This document shows, piece by piece, positions 33,263 to 43,970 of a DNA stretch of 64,000 bases. The stretch lies in assembly GCA_963804995.1 (NCBI GenBank), contig CAWDSK010000006.1, forward strand, positions 1,056,001 through 1,120,000, in the 5' to 3' direction. The notes below the pieces were generated by a model. That model searched no databases and was not told the DNA's origin. It saw nothing but the letters and a program-made list of their open reading frames with translations. Position numbers and translations under genes: made by a program. Within the stretch, counting starts at the first letter, position 1; the number at the start of each line of letters is the position of its first letter. Source of the stretch: an uncultured Acidobacteriota bacterium (GTDB lineage Bacteria > Acidobacteriota > Terriglobia > UBA7540).

Positions 33263-35602
33263 ATGCATCGATTCCCGGTAAAGCCAATCTTGTTTGGACT
33301 CGTCATTCTGACGGCAACACGGGCGCTCGAGCCTGTTCCCACGCCGGCACGTCCGGCCGGTGAGGCTGTCTCTGCGCTCCCCGTGGCTGCCGCGGCTGAC
33401 TCCCCCGCCCCGCTTGACGGCTTCTCAGCAGATTCGGCGCGGGTGGAGCGCGACTGGGAAACGAGGTTCCGGGCCCTCCCCAGCCCCGACAATCTGCGCG
33501 CCTATATGCAGAGAATCGCCGCGCGCCCGCATCACGTCGGCTCGCCCTACGACCGAGAGAACGCGGAGTGGATTCTCTCCCTTTTCCAGCAGTGGGGCTG
33601 GGAAGCGCACATGGAAAACTTTGATGTCCTCTTCCCCACGCCCAAGGAACGCGCCGTCGAACTGGTCGCGCCCACGCATTTCAAGGCGGCGCTCGAGGAA
33701 CCCACCCTGGATGTCGACCCCACCTCCAGTCAGCACGCCGAACAGCTCCCCACCTACAACGCCTACTCGGCGGATGGCGACGTCACGGCGACGCTCGTCT
33801 ACGTGAACTTCGGCGTTCCTACGGATTACGAGCAGCTTGACCGCCTGGGCATTTCCGTAAAGGGCGCGATTGTGATTGCTCGCTATGGCGGGTCGTGGCG
33901 CGGCATCAAGCCCAAGGTGGCGGCGGAGCACGGCGCCATCGGCTGCCTGATCTACTCCGACCCGCGCGACGACGGGTATTACCTCGACGATGCATTCCCC
34001 CAGGGCCCCCGGCGTCCGCGTGACGGCGTGCAGCGCGGCAGCGTGATGGATATGGTGCTTTATCCCGGCGATCCCCTCACGCCCGGCGTAGGCGCCACCA
34101 AAGAGGCCAAGCGCTTGCCCCTGGCAGAGGCCAAGACCATCACCAAGATCCCTGTCCTGCCCCTCTCCTGGGGAGACGCCCAACCGCTGCTGGCGGCCTT
34201 AGAGGGTCCGGTGGCGCCGGAAGCCTGGCGCGGGGCGTTGCCCCTCACTTATCACGTCGGCCCTGGCCCCGCCAAAGTCCATCTGAAGGTGAAAGCCAAT
34301 TGGGATCTCAAGACCCTCTACGAAGTCATCGCCAGGATTCCCGGCTCAACATCACCCGACGAATGGATCATCCGCGGCAATCACCACGATGCCTGGGTGA
34401 ATGGCGCGCGGGATCCGGTGTCGGCCGCGGTGGCGGAATTGGAAGAGGCGTGGGGGATCGGCGAACTTGTGAAGCAAGGTTGGAAGCCGCGCCGCACGAT
34501 TATTTATTGCGTCTGGGATGGCGAGGAGCCGGCGCTGCTGGGCTCCACCGAGTGGGGTGAAACGCACGCCGACGAACTCCTCCAACACGCCGCGGTTTAC
34601 CTCAATACCGATAGCGTTGACCGCGGCTATTTGACGGTGGGAGGCTCACACACGCTGGAAAGATTCATGAATGGCGTGGCGCGGGATATCGAGGACCCGG
34701 AGACAAAGCTCACCGCCTGGAAGCGGCACCAGCTTGAACTGATTCGCTCCGGCTCCAGCGAGGAGCGCCGGGAGGCCCGCACGCGCCCCGACTGGCGCAT
34801 CGGCGCCCTCGGCTCCGGTTCTGACTACACGGTGTTCCTCGATCATCTGGGTGTCGCCTCGCTCGACTTGACCTACACCGGCGAAAGCGGCGGGGGTAGT
34901 TACCATTCGATCTACGACGACTACTATTGGTATGCGCACTTCGATGATCCGGACTTTGTCTATGGACGTGCGCTGGCCCAGACCGTCGGCAGCGCGGTGC
35001 TGCGCCTGGCCGACGCCGAACTGCTCCCTTACAGCTTCACAGAACTGGCCGACACAGTCCAACACTACGCCGACCAATTGAAGAAGCTGCTGAAGGACGA
35101 ACAGGAAGAGACCCGCGAGCGCAACCAGGAAATCAACGAAGGCGTCTTCACCGCTACCTCCGACCCCAGGAAGACTTTTATCCCACCCCCCAAGGAGGAA
35201 ATGCCGCCTTACCTGAACTTTGCTCCGCTCGAAAACGGCACGGAAGCGCTCGAGCGCGCCGCGACGCGCTACCAGAAGGCTCTGGAGAAAGCCCAAGCTA
35301 ACAGCGCGGCCGCCCTGGCCAGCGCCTCTCTCCACCAGGTGAATCTCACTCTGATGGAAAGTGAGCGCAAGCTGACGAGTGACGCGGGCCTTCCGGGACG
35401 CCCCTGGTTCAAGCACCAAATCTACGCGCCCGGCTTTTACACAGGCTATGGTGTGAAAACCATCCCCGCCGTTCGCGAGGCGATTGAGGAAAGAAAGTGG
35501 CGAGAAGCCGACACAGCCCTGCAAGAAGTCGGCCGGGTTCTGAACGGTGAGTCCACGTTGATTACCACTGCCGCGGAGCAATTGGAGAAAGCCATCCAGT
35601 AA
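33263..35602 (+). CDS. M28 peptidase (glutamate carboxypeptidase II / transferrin-receptor-like)
   Basis: Signal peptide, PA domain, GNHHDAW, WDGEE, GSGSDY, YHSIYD and a TFR dimerisation tail. Confidence 0.92.
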   Translation: MHRFPVKPILFGLVILTATRALEPVPTPARPAGEAVSALPVAAAADSPAPLDGFSADSARVERDWETRFRALPSPDNLRAYMQRIAARPHHVGSPYDRENAEWILSLFQQWGWEAHMENFDVLFPTPKERAVELVAPTHFKAALEEPTLDVDPTSSQHAEQLPTYNAYSADGDVTATLVYVNFGVPTDYEQLDRLGISVKGAIVIARYGGSWRGIKPKVAAEHGAIGCLIYSDPRDDGYYLDDAFPQGPRRPRDGVQRGSVMDMVLYPGDPLTPGVGATKEAKRLPLAEAKTITKIPVLPLSWGDAQPLLAALEGPVAPEAWRGALPLTYHVGPGPAKVHLKVKANWDLKTLYEVIARIPGSTSPDEWIIRGNHHDAWVNGARDPVSAAVAELEEAWGIGELVKQGWKPRRTIIYCVWDGEEPALLGSTEWGETHADELLQHAAVYLNTDSVDRGYLTVGGSHTLERFMNGVARDIEDPETKLTAWKRHQLELIRSGSSEERREARTRPDWRIGALGSGSDYTVFLDHLGVASLDLTYTGESGGGSYHSIYDDYYWYAHFDDPDFVYGRALAQTVGSAVLRLADAELLPYSFTELADTVQHYADQLKKLLKDEQEETRERNQEINEGVFTATSDPRKTFIPPPKEEMPPYLNFAPLENGTEALERAATRYQKALEKAQANSAAALASASLHQVNLTLMESERKLTSDAGLPGRPWFKHQIYAPGFYTGYGVKTIPAVREAIEERKWREADTALQEVGRVLNGESTLITTAAEQLEKAIQ

Positions 35603-35788
35603 GGTCGAGCCCCAGAAGTGCGACCCAACTTGCCTGGCAGGGCGTTGCCGGTAGGAAGTGTGGGGAAGCCTCCCTTTCAAATCCACAGGTGCGCGCCGAG
35701 TCCACTCTGGCCGATGCTACGCCAACACCTCTCGGCCGTTGGTCGTAATGCGATATACTTCGCCGTACTTTCCCATTGGAGGTCCTGG

Positions 35789-38128
35789 ATGCGTCGTTTC
35801 GGCCTGATCACGTTCCTGTTTGCGGTTGTCGTCCTGTTCACGAGTCGGGCGCTGGAGCCTGTTCCCACCCAAGCCCGCCCCGCGAGTGAGGCTGTCTCCG
35901 CGCTCTCCGCACCCGCCGCCACTGATTCATCTGCCCCGCTCGATGGCTTCTCCGCACAATCCACGCAGGTCGAACGCGACTGGGAAACAAAATTCCGGGC
36001 CCTCCCCAGCCCCGACAATCTGCGCGCCTACATGCAGAGAATCGCCGCGCGCCCGCACCACGTCGGCACAGCTTATGACCGAGAAAACGCCGAATGGATT
36101 CTTTCCCTCTTCCTAAAATGGGGATGGGACGCGCACATCGAGAATTTTGATGTCCTCTTCCCCACGCCCAAGGAACGCGCCGTGGAACTGGTCGAGCCCA
36201 CAAGTTTCAAAGCCGGGCTCGAGGAGCCGACGGTGGCCGTCGATCCCACCTCCAGCCAGCACGCCGAGCAACTCCCCACCTACAACGCCTACTCGGCGGA
36301 TGGTGACGTCACGGCGCCGCTCGTCTACGCGAACTACGGGATTCCTGCGGACTACGAGGAACTGGCGCGCCTGGGCATCTCCGTAAAGGGCGCGATTGTG
36401 ATTACGCGCTATGGCGCATCGTGGCGTGGCATCAAGCCCAAGGTGGCGGCGGAGCACGGCGCCATCGGCTGCCTGATTTACTCCGACCCGCGCAACGACG
36501 GCTACTTCGCCGGCGATGTATACCCCAAAGGGGCTTTCCGTCCGCCGGGTGGCGTGCAGCGTGGCAGCGTCATGGATTGGGCGCTTTATCCCGGCGATCC
36601 CCTCACGCCGGGTGTGGGCGCCACCAAAGAAGCCAAACGGCTGCCCATCTCCGAGGCCCAGACCATCACTAAGATTCCGGTTCTGCCCCTCTCTTACGGC
36701 GACGCGCAACCCCTGCTCGCGGCGCTGCAGGGCCCAGTGGCGCCGGAAGCCTGGCGCGGTGCGTTGCCCATCACCTATCACCTCGGCCCCGGCCCCGCCA
36801 AAGTCCATCTGAAGGTGAAGGCAAATTGGGATATCAAAACCCTTTACAACGTCATCGCCAAAATCCCCGGTTCCTCTTCCCCCGACGAATGGGTCATTCG
36901 CGGCAATCATCACGACGCCTGGGTGAACGGCGCTCAGGATCCGGTTTCAGCCGCAGTGGATGAACTGGAAGAGGCGCGCGGGCTGGGTGAACTTTTGAAA
37001 CAAGGCTGGAAGCCCCGCCGCACCATCCTCTACTGTGTCTGGGATGGCGAAGAGGAGGGCTTGTTGGGATCGACCGAGTGGGCGGAAACGCATGCCGAGG
37101 AGCTTCGCCAGCATGCCGCCGTCTATCTGAACACGGATGCCAACAGCCGCGGCTATTTCCAACCCTCGGGATCGCACAGTCTGGAGAAGTTTGTAAATGA
37201 CCTGGCACGCGATATCCAGGACCCGGAGACCGGCCTCTCCGCCTGGAAGCGCCACCAACTGCGCCTGCTTCGCGACAGCTCCCGGGAGGACCGCCAGGAG
37301 GCTCGGACCCGCTCCGACTGGCGCATCAGCGCGCTCGGCTCGGGCTCAGATTACACCGTGTTCCTTGACCACCTGGGGGTCGCTTCGCTCGATTTCAGTT
37401 ACGGCGGTGAAGGCGGCGAGGGTATCTACCATTCTATCTACGACGACTATTACTGGTATACCCATTTCGATGGTACCGATTTTAAGTATGGGCGGGCCTT
37501 GGCCCAGACGACTGGCACCGCGGTGCTGCGCCTGGCGGACGCTGACCTCCTGCCCTTCGAATTCACGGCCCTGGCTGACACCGTGCGCCAATATGTGAAC
37601 CAATTGAAGAAGCTCCTCCGGGACAAGCAAGACGAAATCCGCGAACGCAACCGCGAGATCGAGGAAGGTGTGTTCAGCGCCACCTCCGACCCCAGGGAAA
37701 CCTTCCTTCCGCCAGCAAGAGAAGAGGCGCCGCCCTACTTGAACTTTGCGCCGCTCGATAACGCGGTTGAGGCGCTCACGCGCAGTGCGGCCCGCTACCA
37801 CCTGGCGGTCGAAAAGGCTGAGGCTGACGGCGGTAAAGCGCTGGAGGTCGCCGCGCTCCGCCAGGTGAACATCAGCCTGATCGAAACTGAGCGCGAATTG
37901 ACCAATGCCGAGGGCCTTCCCCGCCGCCCCTGGTTCAAGCACCAAATCTACGCCCCGGGCTTTTACACCGGCTACGAAGTGAAGACTATTCCCGCGGTTC
38001 GCGAAGCAATCGAACAGAACCGGTGGGATGAAGCGAACACGGCCTTGGTGGAGGTCGGCCGGATTCTTGACGGCGAGTCGGCGCTGATCATGACCACAGC
38101 CGAGCAACTGGAAAAAGTTGCTCAGTAG
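35789..38128 (+). CDS. M28 peptidase, tandem paralogue
   Basis: Same motifs and high similarity to the upstream copy; SD GGAGG before ATG 35789. Confidence 0.92.
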   Translation: MRRFGLITFLFAVVVLFTSRALEPVPTQARPASEAVSALSAPAATDSSAPLDGFSAQSTQVERDWETKFRALPSPDNLRAYMQRIAARPHHVGTAYDRENAEWILSLFLKWGWDAHIENFDVLFPTPKERAVELVEPTSFKAGLEEPTVAVDPTSSQHAEQLPTYNAYSADGDVTAPLVYANYGIPADYEELARLGISVKGAIVITRYGASWRGIKPKVAAEHGAIGCLIYSDPRNDGYFAGDVYPKGAFRPPGGVQRGSVMDWALYPGDPLTPGVGATKEAKRLPISEAQTITKIPVLPLSYGDAQPLLAALQGPVAPEAWRGALPITYHLGPGPAKVHLKVKANWDIKTLYNVIAKIPGSSSPDEWVIRGNHHDAWVNGAQDPVSAAVDELEEARGLGELLKQGWKPRRTILYCVWDGEEEGLLGSTEWAETHAEELRQHAAVYLNTDANSRGYFQPSGSHSLEKFVNDLARDIQDPETGLSAWKRHQLRLLRDSSREDRQEARTRSDWRISALGSGSDYTVFLDHLGVASLDFSYGGEGGEGIYHSIYDDYYWYTHFDGTDFKYGRALAQTTGTAVLRLADADLLPFEFTALADTVRQYVNQLKKLLRDKQDEIRERNREIEEGVFSATSDPRETFLPPAREEAPPYLNFAPLDNAVEALTRSAARYHLAVEKAEADGGKALEVAALRQVNISLIETERELTNAEGLPRRPWFKHQIYAPGFYTGYEVKTIPAVREAIEQNRWDEANTALVEVGRILDGESALIMTTAEQLEKVAQ

Positions 38129-38254
38129 GGCCGAGCCACACGGGAGAGTATGAGCCCGCGGCCTAGTGCCCATTTGCATTAATAGCCGATTGTGCGGCGA
38201 CCCCCACCAAGACCGCGCCCGATTGGCAGGCACGCAGCGGGACTCCCAATCCTC

Positions 38255-39349
38255 TTAGCGGATCTTTCCCCGCGCCGCGATCTTCCAACTGCCCACCGCC
38301 TCGCCCTTGCGCACCGTAAACATCTCATCGTGCATATTTACCGCGGTGCAGACGTGATTGGGAATCACGGTCACGATTTCGCCGACATGGAACTTGTGTT
38401 GGGAGTGGGTGATGTCGATATGGCCGTGCTCTTCGTTCAACTTGATGAGGGGAGCATCCGGCGCTTCGACCACCATGCCGTAGCCTGACTTGGGTCCGGA
38501 ACCGAGCTGGTCAGAGGAAAGGGTCTTGGAGCCGGCGTCGATAATGGCGCGGCCGGGCACCGCCGTCGAAACCACGGTCGCCAGGATGCGCACGGCGCAA
38601 TCCTCCAGGCGGCATGAGCCTTGATAGTAGGTGTTTAGATCATTGTAAACATAGGTGCCCGGGCGGATTTCCGTGAGGCCCCCGATCAGATGCGCGAACT
38701 CCGCGGAGGGGGTCGAGCCGCCGGAGACGATTTCAACCGGCATATTCACAGCGCGAAATGCAGCCAACGCTTTCCCCACGAGTCCGGAGACGCGTTCAGC
38801 TTCCGCCCGACGCTCCTCGGCGGTTCCCCAGACGTTGCCAAAGAAGCTCATCAGCCCGCGGAACTTCAGCCCCGGCAGCTTGTCGACAACTTTCGCCAGG
38901 GCCACCAAATCCGGTCCCGGATTAAGTCCGCAGCGGTGGGACCCAACGTCGAATTCCACCAGCACGCCGATGGTTGCTCCCTGCGCGGCGGCGGCATGGG
39001 AAAGTTCCTGGGCAGTGGCTTCGGAATCAAGTGAGACCAGCAGGCGCCGCGCGCGGGCGATATCCGCCAGGCGCCGCAGCTTCTCGCCGCCGAAAATCGG
39101 GAACGCCACCAGGATGTCGTCCAGCCCGCCGCCCACCATCACTTCCGCCTCGCCCACCTTGGCCACCGTCAATCCCACGGCGCCCCGCTCGAGCTGCATG
39201 CGCGCCACCTCAAGCGTTTTGTGGGTTTTGGTGTGCGGGCGCAATCCCACACCCTGACGCCGGCATAATTCGGCGATGCGGTCGAGATTCCGTTCCAGCA
39301 CGTCCAGATCGACGGTCAAAGCCGGCGTGGAAAGCTCCTGGTATTTCAT
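38255..39349 (-). CDS. D-threonine aldolase / D-serine dehydratase-family PLP enzyme
   Basis: TPAL, RPHTKTHK, SGGSTP, EIRPG, DAGSK, NEEHG and PNHVC motifs. Confidence 0.9.
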   Translation of the reverse strand: MKYQELSTPALTVDLDVLERNLDRIAELCRRQGVGLRPHTKTHKTLEVARMQLERGAVGLTVAKVGEAEVMVGGGLDDILVAFPIFGGEKLRRLADIARARRLLVSLDSEATAQELSHAAAAQGATIGVLVEFDVGSHRCGLNPGPDLVALAKVVDKLPGLKFRGLMSFFGNVWGTAEERRAEAERVSGLVGKALAAFRAVNMPVEIVSGGSTPSAEFAHLIGGLTEIRPGTYVYNDLNTYYQGSCRLEDCAVRILATVVSTAVPGRAIIDAGSKTLSSDQLGSGPKSGYGMVVEAPDAPLIKLNEEHGHIDITHSQHKFHVGEIVTVIPNHVCTAVNMHDEMFTVRKGEAVGSWKIAARGKIR

Positions 39350-39435
39350 GAACACCTCGATTCAAGTGCCAGGTGCCGGCCGCCAGGCGCCAGGGAAAAT
39401 CCCCAGCCCCTAGAACCCATCACCCAGTCCCTCTT

Positions 39436-39825
39436 TCAGCGTTTGCGCCGTTTGCTGACCCGCGCAACGCAGTCGATTTCAACCTTAATCTTGCGGATTT
39501 GCACGCCCACGGTGGTGCGCGCCGGCGGATCTTCCGCGAAGAACTCCTTGTACACCTCGTTCATCCCCGCGAAATCATCCATATTGGCAAGGAACACACC
39601 CACTCGCACCACATCCTTGAGCGAGCTCCCTGCCGCCTCCAGGATGGCGCGGATATTTTCGAGCGTCCGGCGGGTTTCCGATTTCACGTCGCCGAATTCG
39701 AACTGGCCGGTCTTGGGATTCAGGCACGCTTGGCCGGCCACAAAGACGAAGCCGTCGGCGACGATGGCCTGGGAATAGGGGGCTACGGGGGTGGGGGCCT
39801 TGGAGGTTCGAACCACTTTGCGCAT
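39436..39825 (-). CDS. ridA: RidA/YjgF family enamine/imine deaminase
   Basis: PYSQA, MNEVY, PPART and KVEID motifs. Confidence 0.88.
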   Translation of the reverse strand: MRKVVRTSKAPTPVAPYSQAIVADGFVFVAGQACLNPKTGQFEFGDVKSETRRTLENIRAILEAAGSSLKDVVRVGVFLANMDDFAGMNEVYKEFFAEDPPARTTVGVQIRKIKVEIDCVARVSKRRKR

Positions 39826-39885
39826 ATTATCTCCTTGGTGAAGAGTTGTTATCCGCTTAGAACCTTTTGCAGTCCGGGCGCGAGG

Positions 39886-40650
39886 TCATGCCAGTTGACC
39901 GCCATCCACGAACAGCAGCACGCCGTTCACGTAGTCGGCGTCGTGCGAGGCCAAAAACGTCGCGGGCCCGGCGATGTCCTCAGGATCGCCAATCCGCCCC
40001 GCCGGAATCAGGTTTTCGTACTTCTTCATAAACACCGGATTCTCTAGCGAGGGCTTGGTCAGGCGCGTCCGGATCAAGCCGGGGCCGATGGCGTTGGAAT
40101 TGATCCCCTGCGATCCCAGCTCGCGAGCCAGCGTTTTGGCCAGGAGGAAGAGACCTGATTTGGAGGCGTTGTAGTGCGCCAGTTCCGCTTCCGCATCCCA
40201 GGCGTTCGTGGAAGCCATGAATACCATTTTGCCGCGCCGCTGCTTGACCATGTGGGGGGCCACGGCGCGCGCCGTCAGATATCCTCCGCGCAGATTAATG
40301 CCCAATGTCCGGTCCCACAACTTCTCATCCGACTTGAGGAAGGGCACACAATCCGCCACGCCCGCCACGTACATCAGCACGTCCAGGCGCTTATACCAGC
40401 GGATGATCTGGGCCACGGTGCGGTCCACCAAGCGTTTCTTCAGAACATCGCAGTAAAGGGTGCGAACCTTCCCGCCTGCTTTGCGGATTTCCTTTTCGGT
40501 TCGTGCCAGCATGGGGCGGTCGATATCCGCGATCACCAGGCGCGCGCCTTCGCGTGCCAGACGCACCGCAATCGCCTTGCCGATTCCCTGCGCCCCTCCC
40601 ACCACGAGCGCCACTTGATCCTCAAACCGTCCCGGAATGAAATCCGCCAT
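39886..40650 (-). CDS. SDR family oxidoreductase
   Basis: GGAQGIG and YNASK motifs. Confidence 0.92.
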   Translation of the reverse strand: MADFIPGRFEDQVALVVGGAQGIGKAIAVRLAREGARLVIADIDRPMLARTEKEIRKAGGKVRTLYCDVLKKRLVDRTVAQIIRWYKRLDVLMYVAGVADCVPFLKSDEKLWDRTLGINLRGGYLTARAVAPHMVKQRRGKMVFMASTNAWDAEAELAHYNASKSGLFLLAKTLARELGSQGINSNAIGPGLIRTRLTKPSLENPVFMKKYENLIPAGRIGDPEDIAGPATFLASHDADYVNGVLLFVDGGQLA

Positions 40651-40688
40651 CGTTCCCCCCACCGGCTCGGCGCTGATGTTCCCTCAAA

Positions 40689-40797
40689 GGTACTGGTGCA
40701 GTTTGACGTAGCGGCGGGTTTACCCCGCCATCGATCGAGTTATCTCAACGTACGATGGCGGGGTAAACCCGCCGCTACGTCAAACTGCACCAGTACC
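40689..40797. mobile_element. MITE family B, near-perfect palindrome with an 8-bp target-site duplication
   Basis: GGTACTGGTGCAGTTTGACGTAGCGGCGGGTTTACCCCGCCATCG arm and its exact inverse; CCCTCAAA on both sides (40681-40688 and 40798-40805). Confidence 0.88.
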
Positions 40798-40900
40798 CCC
40801 TCAAAAGTTGTGTGGCCGGCCACAGGACCACCCAGTATAATGGCACGTCCTCTTCCGGTAAAGTACTGCCCGGAGCAACTCCCCAAAGGTGCGAGGCCCC

Positions 40901-41659
40901 ATGCCTTCCGCGGTGCAGAAGTGGATGGACCACCTGGTGATCGTGCGCCACGGCGAGTCGCAGCGCAACGTGCGACGGGCGGAGGCCCAACGCGCGGGCA
41001 GCCTGGATTACCACACCGACGTCCGCGACGTGGACGTGGAGCTTACCCCCCGGGGCATCCGGCAGGCGGAGGAAACCGGAAAGTATCTGGCCCGGGAGTT
41101 CCGTTTCGATCGCATCTTTGTTTCACCCTACGAGCGAACCCTTCAGACCACCGAAGCGATGCTCAGACAGTTCCCCTACACCGTGGACTTGACCCGCGAA
41201 GAGCGCATCCGCGAAAAAGAATTTGGCATTCTCGACGGCCTGACGGGTCAGGGCATCCGTGCAAAGTACCCCGAGGAGTGGCAGCGCCGTGCGCGGGAGG
41301 GCAAGTACTACTATCGTCCGGCCGGCGGCGAAAGTTATCCCGACGTGGCCTTGCGCCTTCAGAGCTTTCTGGGGACGTTGGTTCGGGATTGCCGCAAGCA
41401 ATCGGTGCTGGTGGTTTGCCACTCCGTGGTGGTGCTCACTTTTCGCCGCCTGCTGGAACGGCTGACGGAACAGACCCTGCTGGCCATTGACCGCGACCCG
41501 GAGCAGGACGTGTGCAACTGCTCTGTCACCTGGTATGCCTACGACCGTAAAGCCGGCGACCGCGGGCGCCTGGTGCTGCGGCAGTTCAACGGCGTACATT
41601 ACCCCGCCAAAGACGCGTCCACGGAAACCTGCCGGAAGAAGGCGGAGGGCGGGGAGTAG
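40901..41659 (+). CDS. Histidine phosphatase (phosphoglycerate mutase family)
   Basis: VRHGES, SPYERT, REKEFG, GGES and VCHS motifs. Confidence 0.92.
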   Translation: MPSAVQKWMDHLVIVRHGESQRNVRRAEAQRAGSLDYHTDVRDVDVELTPRGIRQAEETGKYLAREFRFDRIFVSPYERTLQTTEAMLRQFPYTVDLTREERIREKEFGILDGLTGQGIRAKYPEEWQRRAREGKYYYRPAGGESYPDVALRLQSFLGTLVRDCRKQSVLVVCHSVVVLTFRRLLERLTEQTLLAIDRDPEQDVCNCSVTWYAYDRKAGDRGRLVLRQFNGVHYPAKDASTETCRKKAEGGE

Positions 41660-41930
41660 GAACTCGGGGTTCGGGATTCGGGACACGGGGTACGAGACAC
41701 GGGGTACGGGGTTCGGGATACGGGACACGGGATACGGGCTTCGGAAAGCGGCATATAGAATTCAGCGTCCCGCCCTCAAATATAGAGCTGCGATTATTAG
41801 GTTAATAATCGCGTATTTCGGCAAGCGCTTTTCGAGTTTCGTGTTTCGTGTTTCGACTTTCGACTTTCGATTTTCGACTTTCGTGTTCCGATTTTCAAAT
41901 TTCCAATTTCGATTTTCGAGTTTCGATCTT
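41660..41930. repeat. 7-mer tandem arrays (CGGGATA-type, then TTTCGAN-type)
   Basis: About 11 CGGG-based units followed by about 13 TTTCG-based units. Confidence 0.9.
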
Positions 41931-41970
41931 AAGTTCTTGATTCTCACTGAAATCTCAAACCAGGATCCCT

Positions 41971-43359
41971 ATGCCCACACCTTCTTCGCCATCCGTCACA
42001 GGGCCTTCCGCCCCGCACGCACAATCAAACGCGACAGCGCAACTCCCCCGTGCCATCGGCTTCATGGGCGCAACGGCATTGGTCATCGGAACGGTCATCG
42101 GTTCCGGCATCTTTATAGTCCCGCACAACGTGGCCCGGCAGGTCGGGTCAGTCAGCATGGTCATGCTGGTGTGGATTGTGGGCGGCGCCCTGTCGCTTGC
42201 CGGCTCACTTTCTCTCGCGGAGCTGGGGGCCGCGGCTCCCGAAGCCGGCGGGGTCTACGTCTACCTGCGCGACGCCTACGGCAAGATGTTCGCCTTCCTC
42301 TACGGCTGGGGAGCGCTGCTGGTGATTGAGTCGGGCGGCATCGCGACCCTCGCCGTGGCCTTCAGCATTTACAGCTCCACCTTCCTTCCCCTTACTCCCT
42401 TCGAACGGAAGTGCCTGGCCAGCGCCGTGATTGCCCTGCTCACCCTGGTGAATATCGCCGGAGTGCGCAAAGCCGCGGTGGTACAAACCGTCTTCACCCT
42501 GGCCAAACTCGCGGGCGTGGCCATCATCGTAGGTTTCGCGCTGCTGGCGACCCACGTAGCACCCCCGGCCCTTACCCAGAACCTCTCCACCCCGCAAACC
42601 ACGCTCAGCTCTTTCGGCGTGGCGCTGATTGCCGTGCTGTGGGCTTATCACGGATGGCATCACCTGGCGTATGCGGCGGGTGAAGTGAAGGATCCCTCGC
42701 GCGTCCTGCCGCGCAGTTTTCTGATTGGCGTGGTGGTAGTCATCCTGGCTTACCTCAGCGCGAACCTGGCCTACCTGCGCGTGCTGTCGCTGCCCGTCAT
42801 GGCCCAGGACGCCTACCAGCGCGTGGCCGCGAAAACCATGGAAATCCTCTGGGGCCCGCAGGGCGCCGCGTTCGTTTCCGGATTGATTCTCTGCTCGATG
42901 TTCGGGGCGATCAACGGCAATGTGCTGGGCGGCGCGCGCGCCTACTTCGCCATGGCCCGCGACGGCGTGTTCTTTGCTTCCGTGGGAAAGGTTCACCCCA
43001 CCTTTGAAACCCCCTACGTGGCCTTGTTGATTCAGGGAGTCTGGTCGATCGTGCTGGCGGCCTCGGGCAGTTTCGAGCAGCTCTTTACCTACGTGGTCTT
43101 TACCGGCTGGATCTTCTACGCGGCGGCCACTCTGGGCGTGGTTATTCTGCGCCGGAAGCGCCCGGATTTGCCTCGACCCTATCGCGTCTGGGGGTATCCG
43201 TACGTGCCCGTGGCTTTCACGGTGGGCGCGCTGATGATTATGGTGAACGCTTTGATCCGCAGCCCGCGCGAGTCCGGCATCGGTCTGGGTTTTGTGCTCC
43301 TGGGAATTCCCATCTACTTCGTCTGGATGCGCTTCGCCCGCACCCGGACGAACGCCTAA
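41971..43359 (+). CDS. APC-family amino acid permease
   Basis: IGTVIGSGIF, AELG...GGVYVY and AYHGW...AGEVKDP motifs; about 12 TM helices. Confidence 0.92.
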   Translation: MPTPSSPSVTGPSAPHAQSNATAQLPRAIGFMGATALVIGTVIGSGIFIVPHNVARQVGSVSMVMLVWIVGGALSLAGSLSLAELGAAAPEAGGVYVYLRDAYGKMFAFLYGWGALLVIESGGIATLAVAFSIYSSTFLPLTPFERKCLASAVIALLTLVNIAGVRKAAVVQTVFTLAKLAGVAIIVGFALLATHVAPPALTQNLSTPQTTLSSFGVALIAVLWAYHGWHHLAYAAGEVKDPSRVLPRSFLIGVVVVILAYLSANLAYLRVLSLPVMAQDAYQRVAAKTMEILWGPQGAAFVSGLILCSMFGAINGNVLGGARAYFAMARDGVFFASVGKVHPTFETPYVALLIQGVWSIVLAASGSFEQLFTYVVFTGWIFYAAATLGVVILRRKRPDLPRPYRVWGYPYVPVAFTVGALMIMVNALIRSPRESGIGLGFVLLGIPIYFVWMRFARTRTNA

Positions 43360-43439
43360 GACCTGCACGATGCTACTCCCCCAATTGGGCGAGGCCCATA
43401 AATTCGGACCACCCGTACTCTCTCCTCCGCGTAATTTCA

Positions 43440-43890
43440 AATCAACTCCCCCCTCTGTCGCCGCGGCGACAGAGGGGCCGGGGGTTCGGGGCACCACTGA
43501 CGATGAATATGCCGGGGGTAGCTCCCCTCCTGATTTAGGAGGGGTGGCGCCGTAGGCGACGGGGTGGTTACTCGATCTGCCGGGCGGCGTTAGGCAGCCC
43601 TCAGCACCACCCCGGCGCTCGGCCCCGATGATCAATTTGGAAAGAACGCGCTATCGGGGCTCGGTGCGCCACCCCTCCTCATCTGAGGAGGGGAGCTTTT
43701 TCATGACTGACGGCCACGCTCTTTCGGAGCACACTGACGATGAATATGCGCGCAGCGCCTTGGAGTGCGGTAGCAGCAGCTACCGCTTTTTCCTCCGCGC
43801 CTCACCTATTTGGCGTATGGGCCGAAGGCGGAAAGCGGTAGCTGCTGCTACCGCACTCCAAGGTGCCTTCGGCACACCAATTTTCATGAC
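43440..43890. repeat. Cluster of REP-like palindromes
   Basis: CCCCTCCT...AGGAGGGG units; GCCTTGGAGTGCGGTAGCAGCAGCTACCGC doublet; GTCGCCGCGGCGAC mini-palindrome. Confidence 0.8.
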
Positions 43891-43970
43891 AACAGCAGGA
43901 GGCAGAGCCATGGTGATCACTCGAAGGGTTCGCTAATTTGGACAGCCTAGCTGTCAAATCGATTTCTGCC

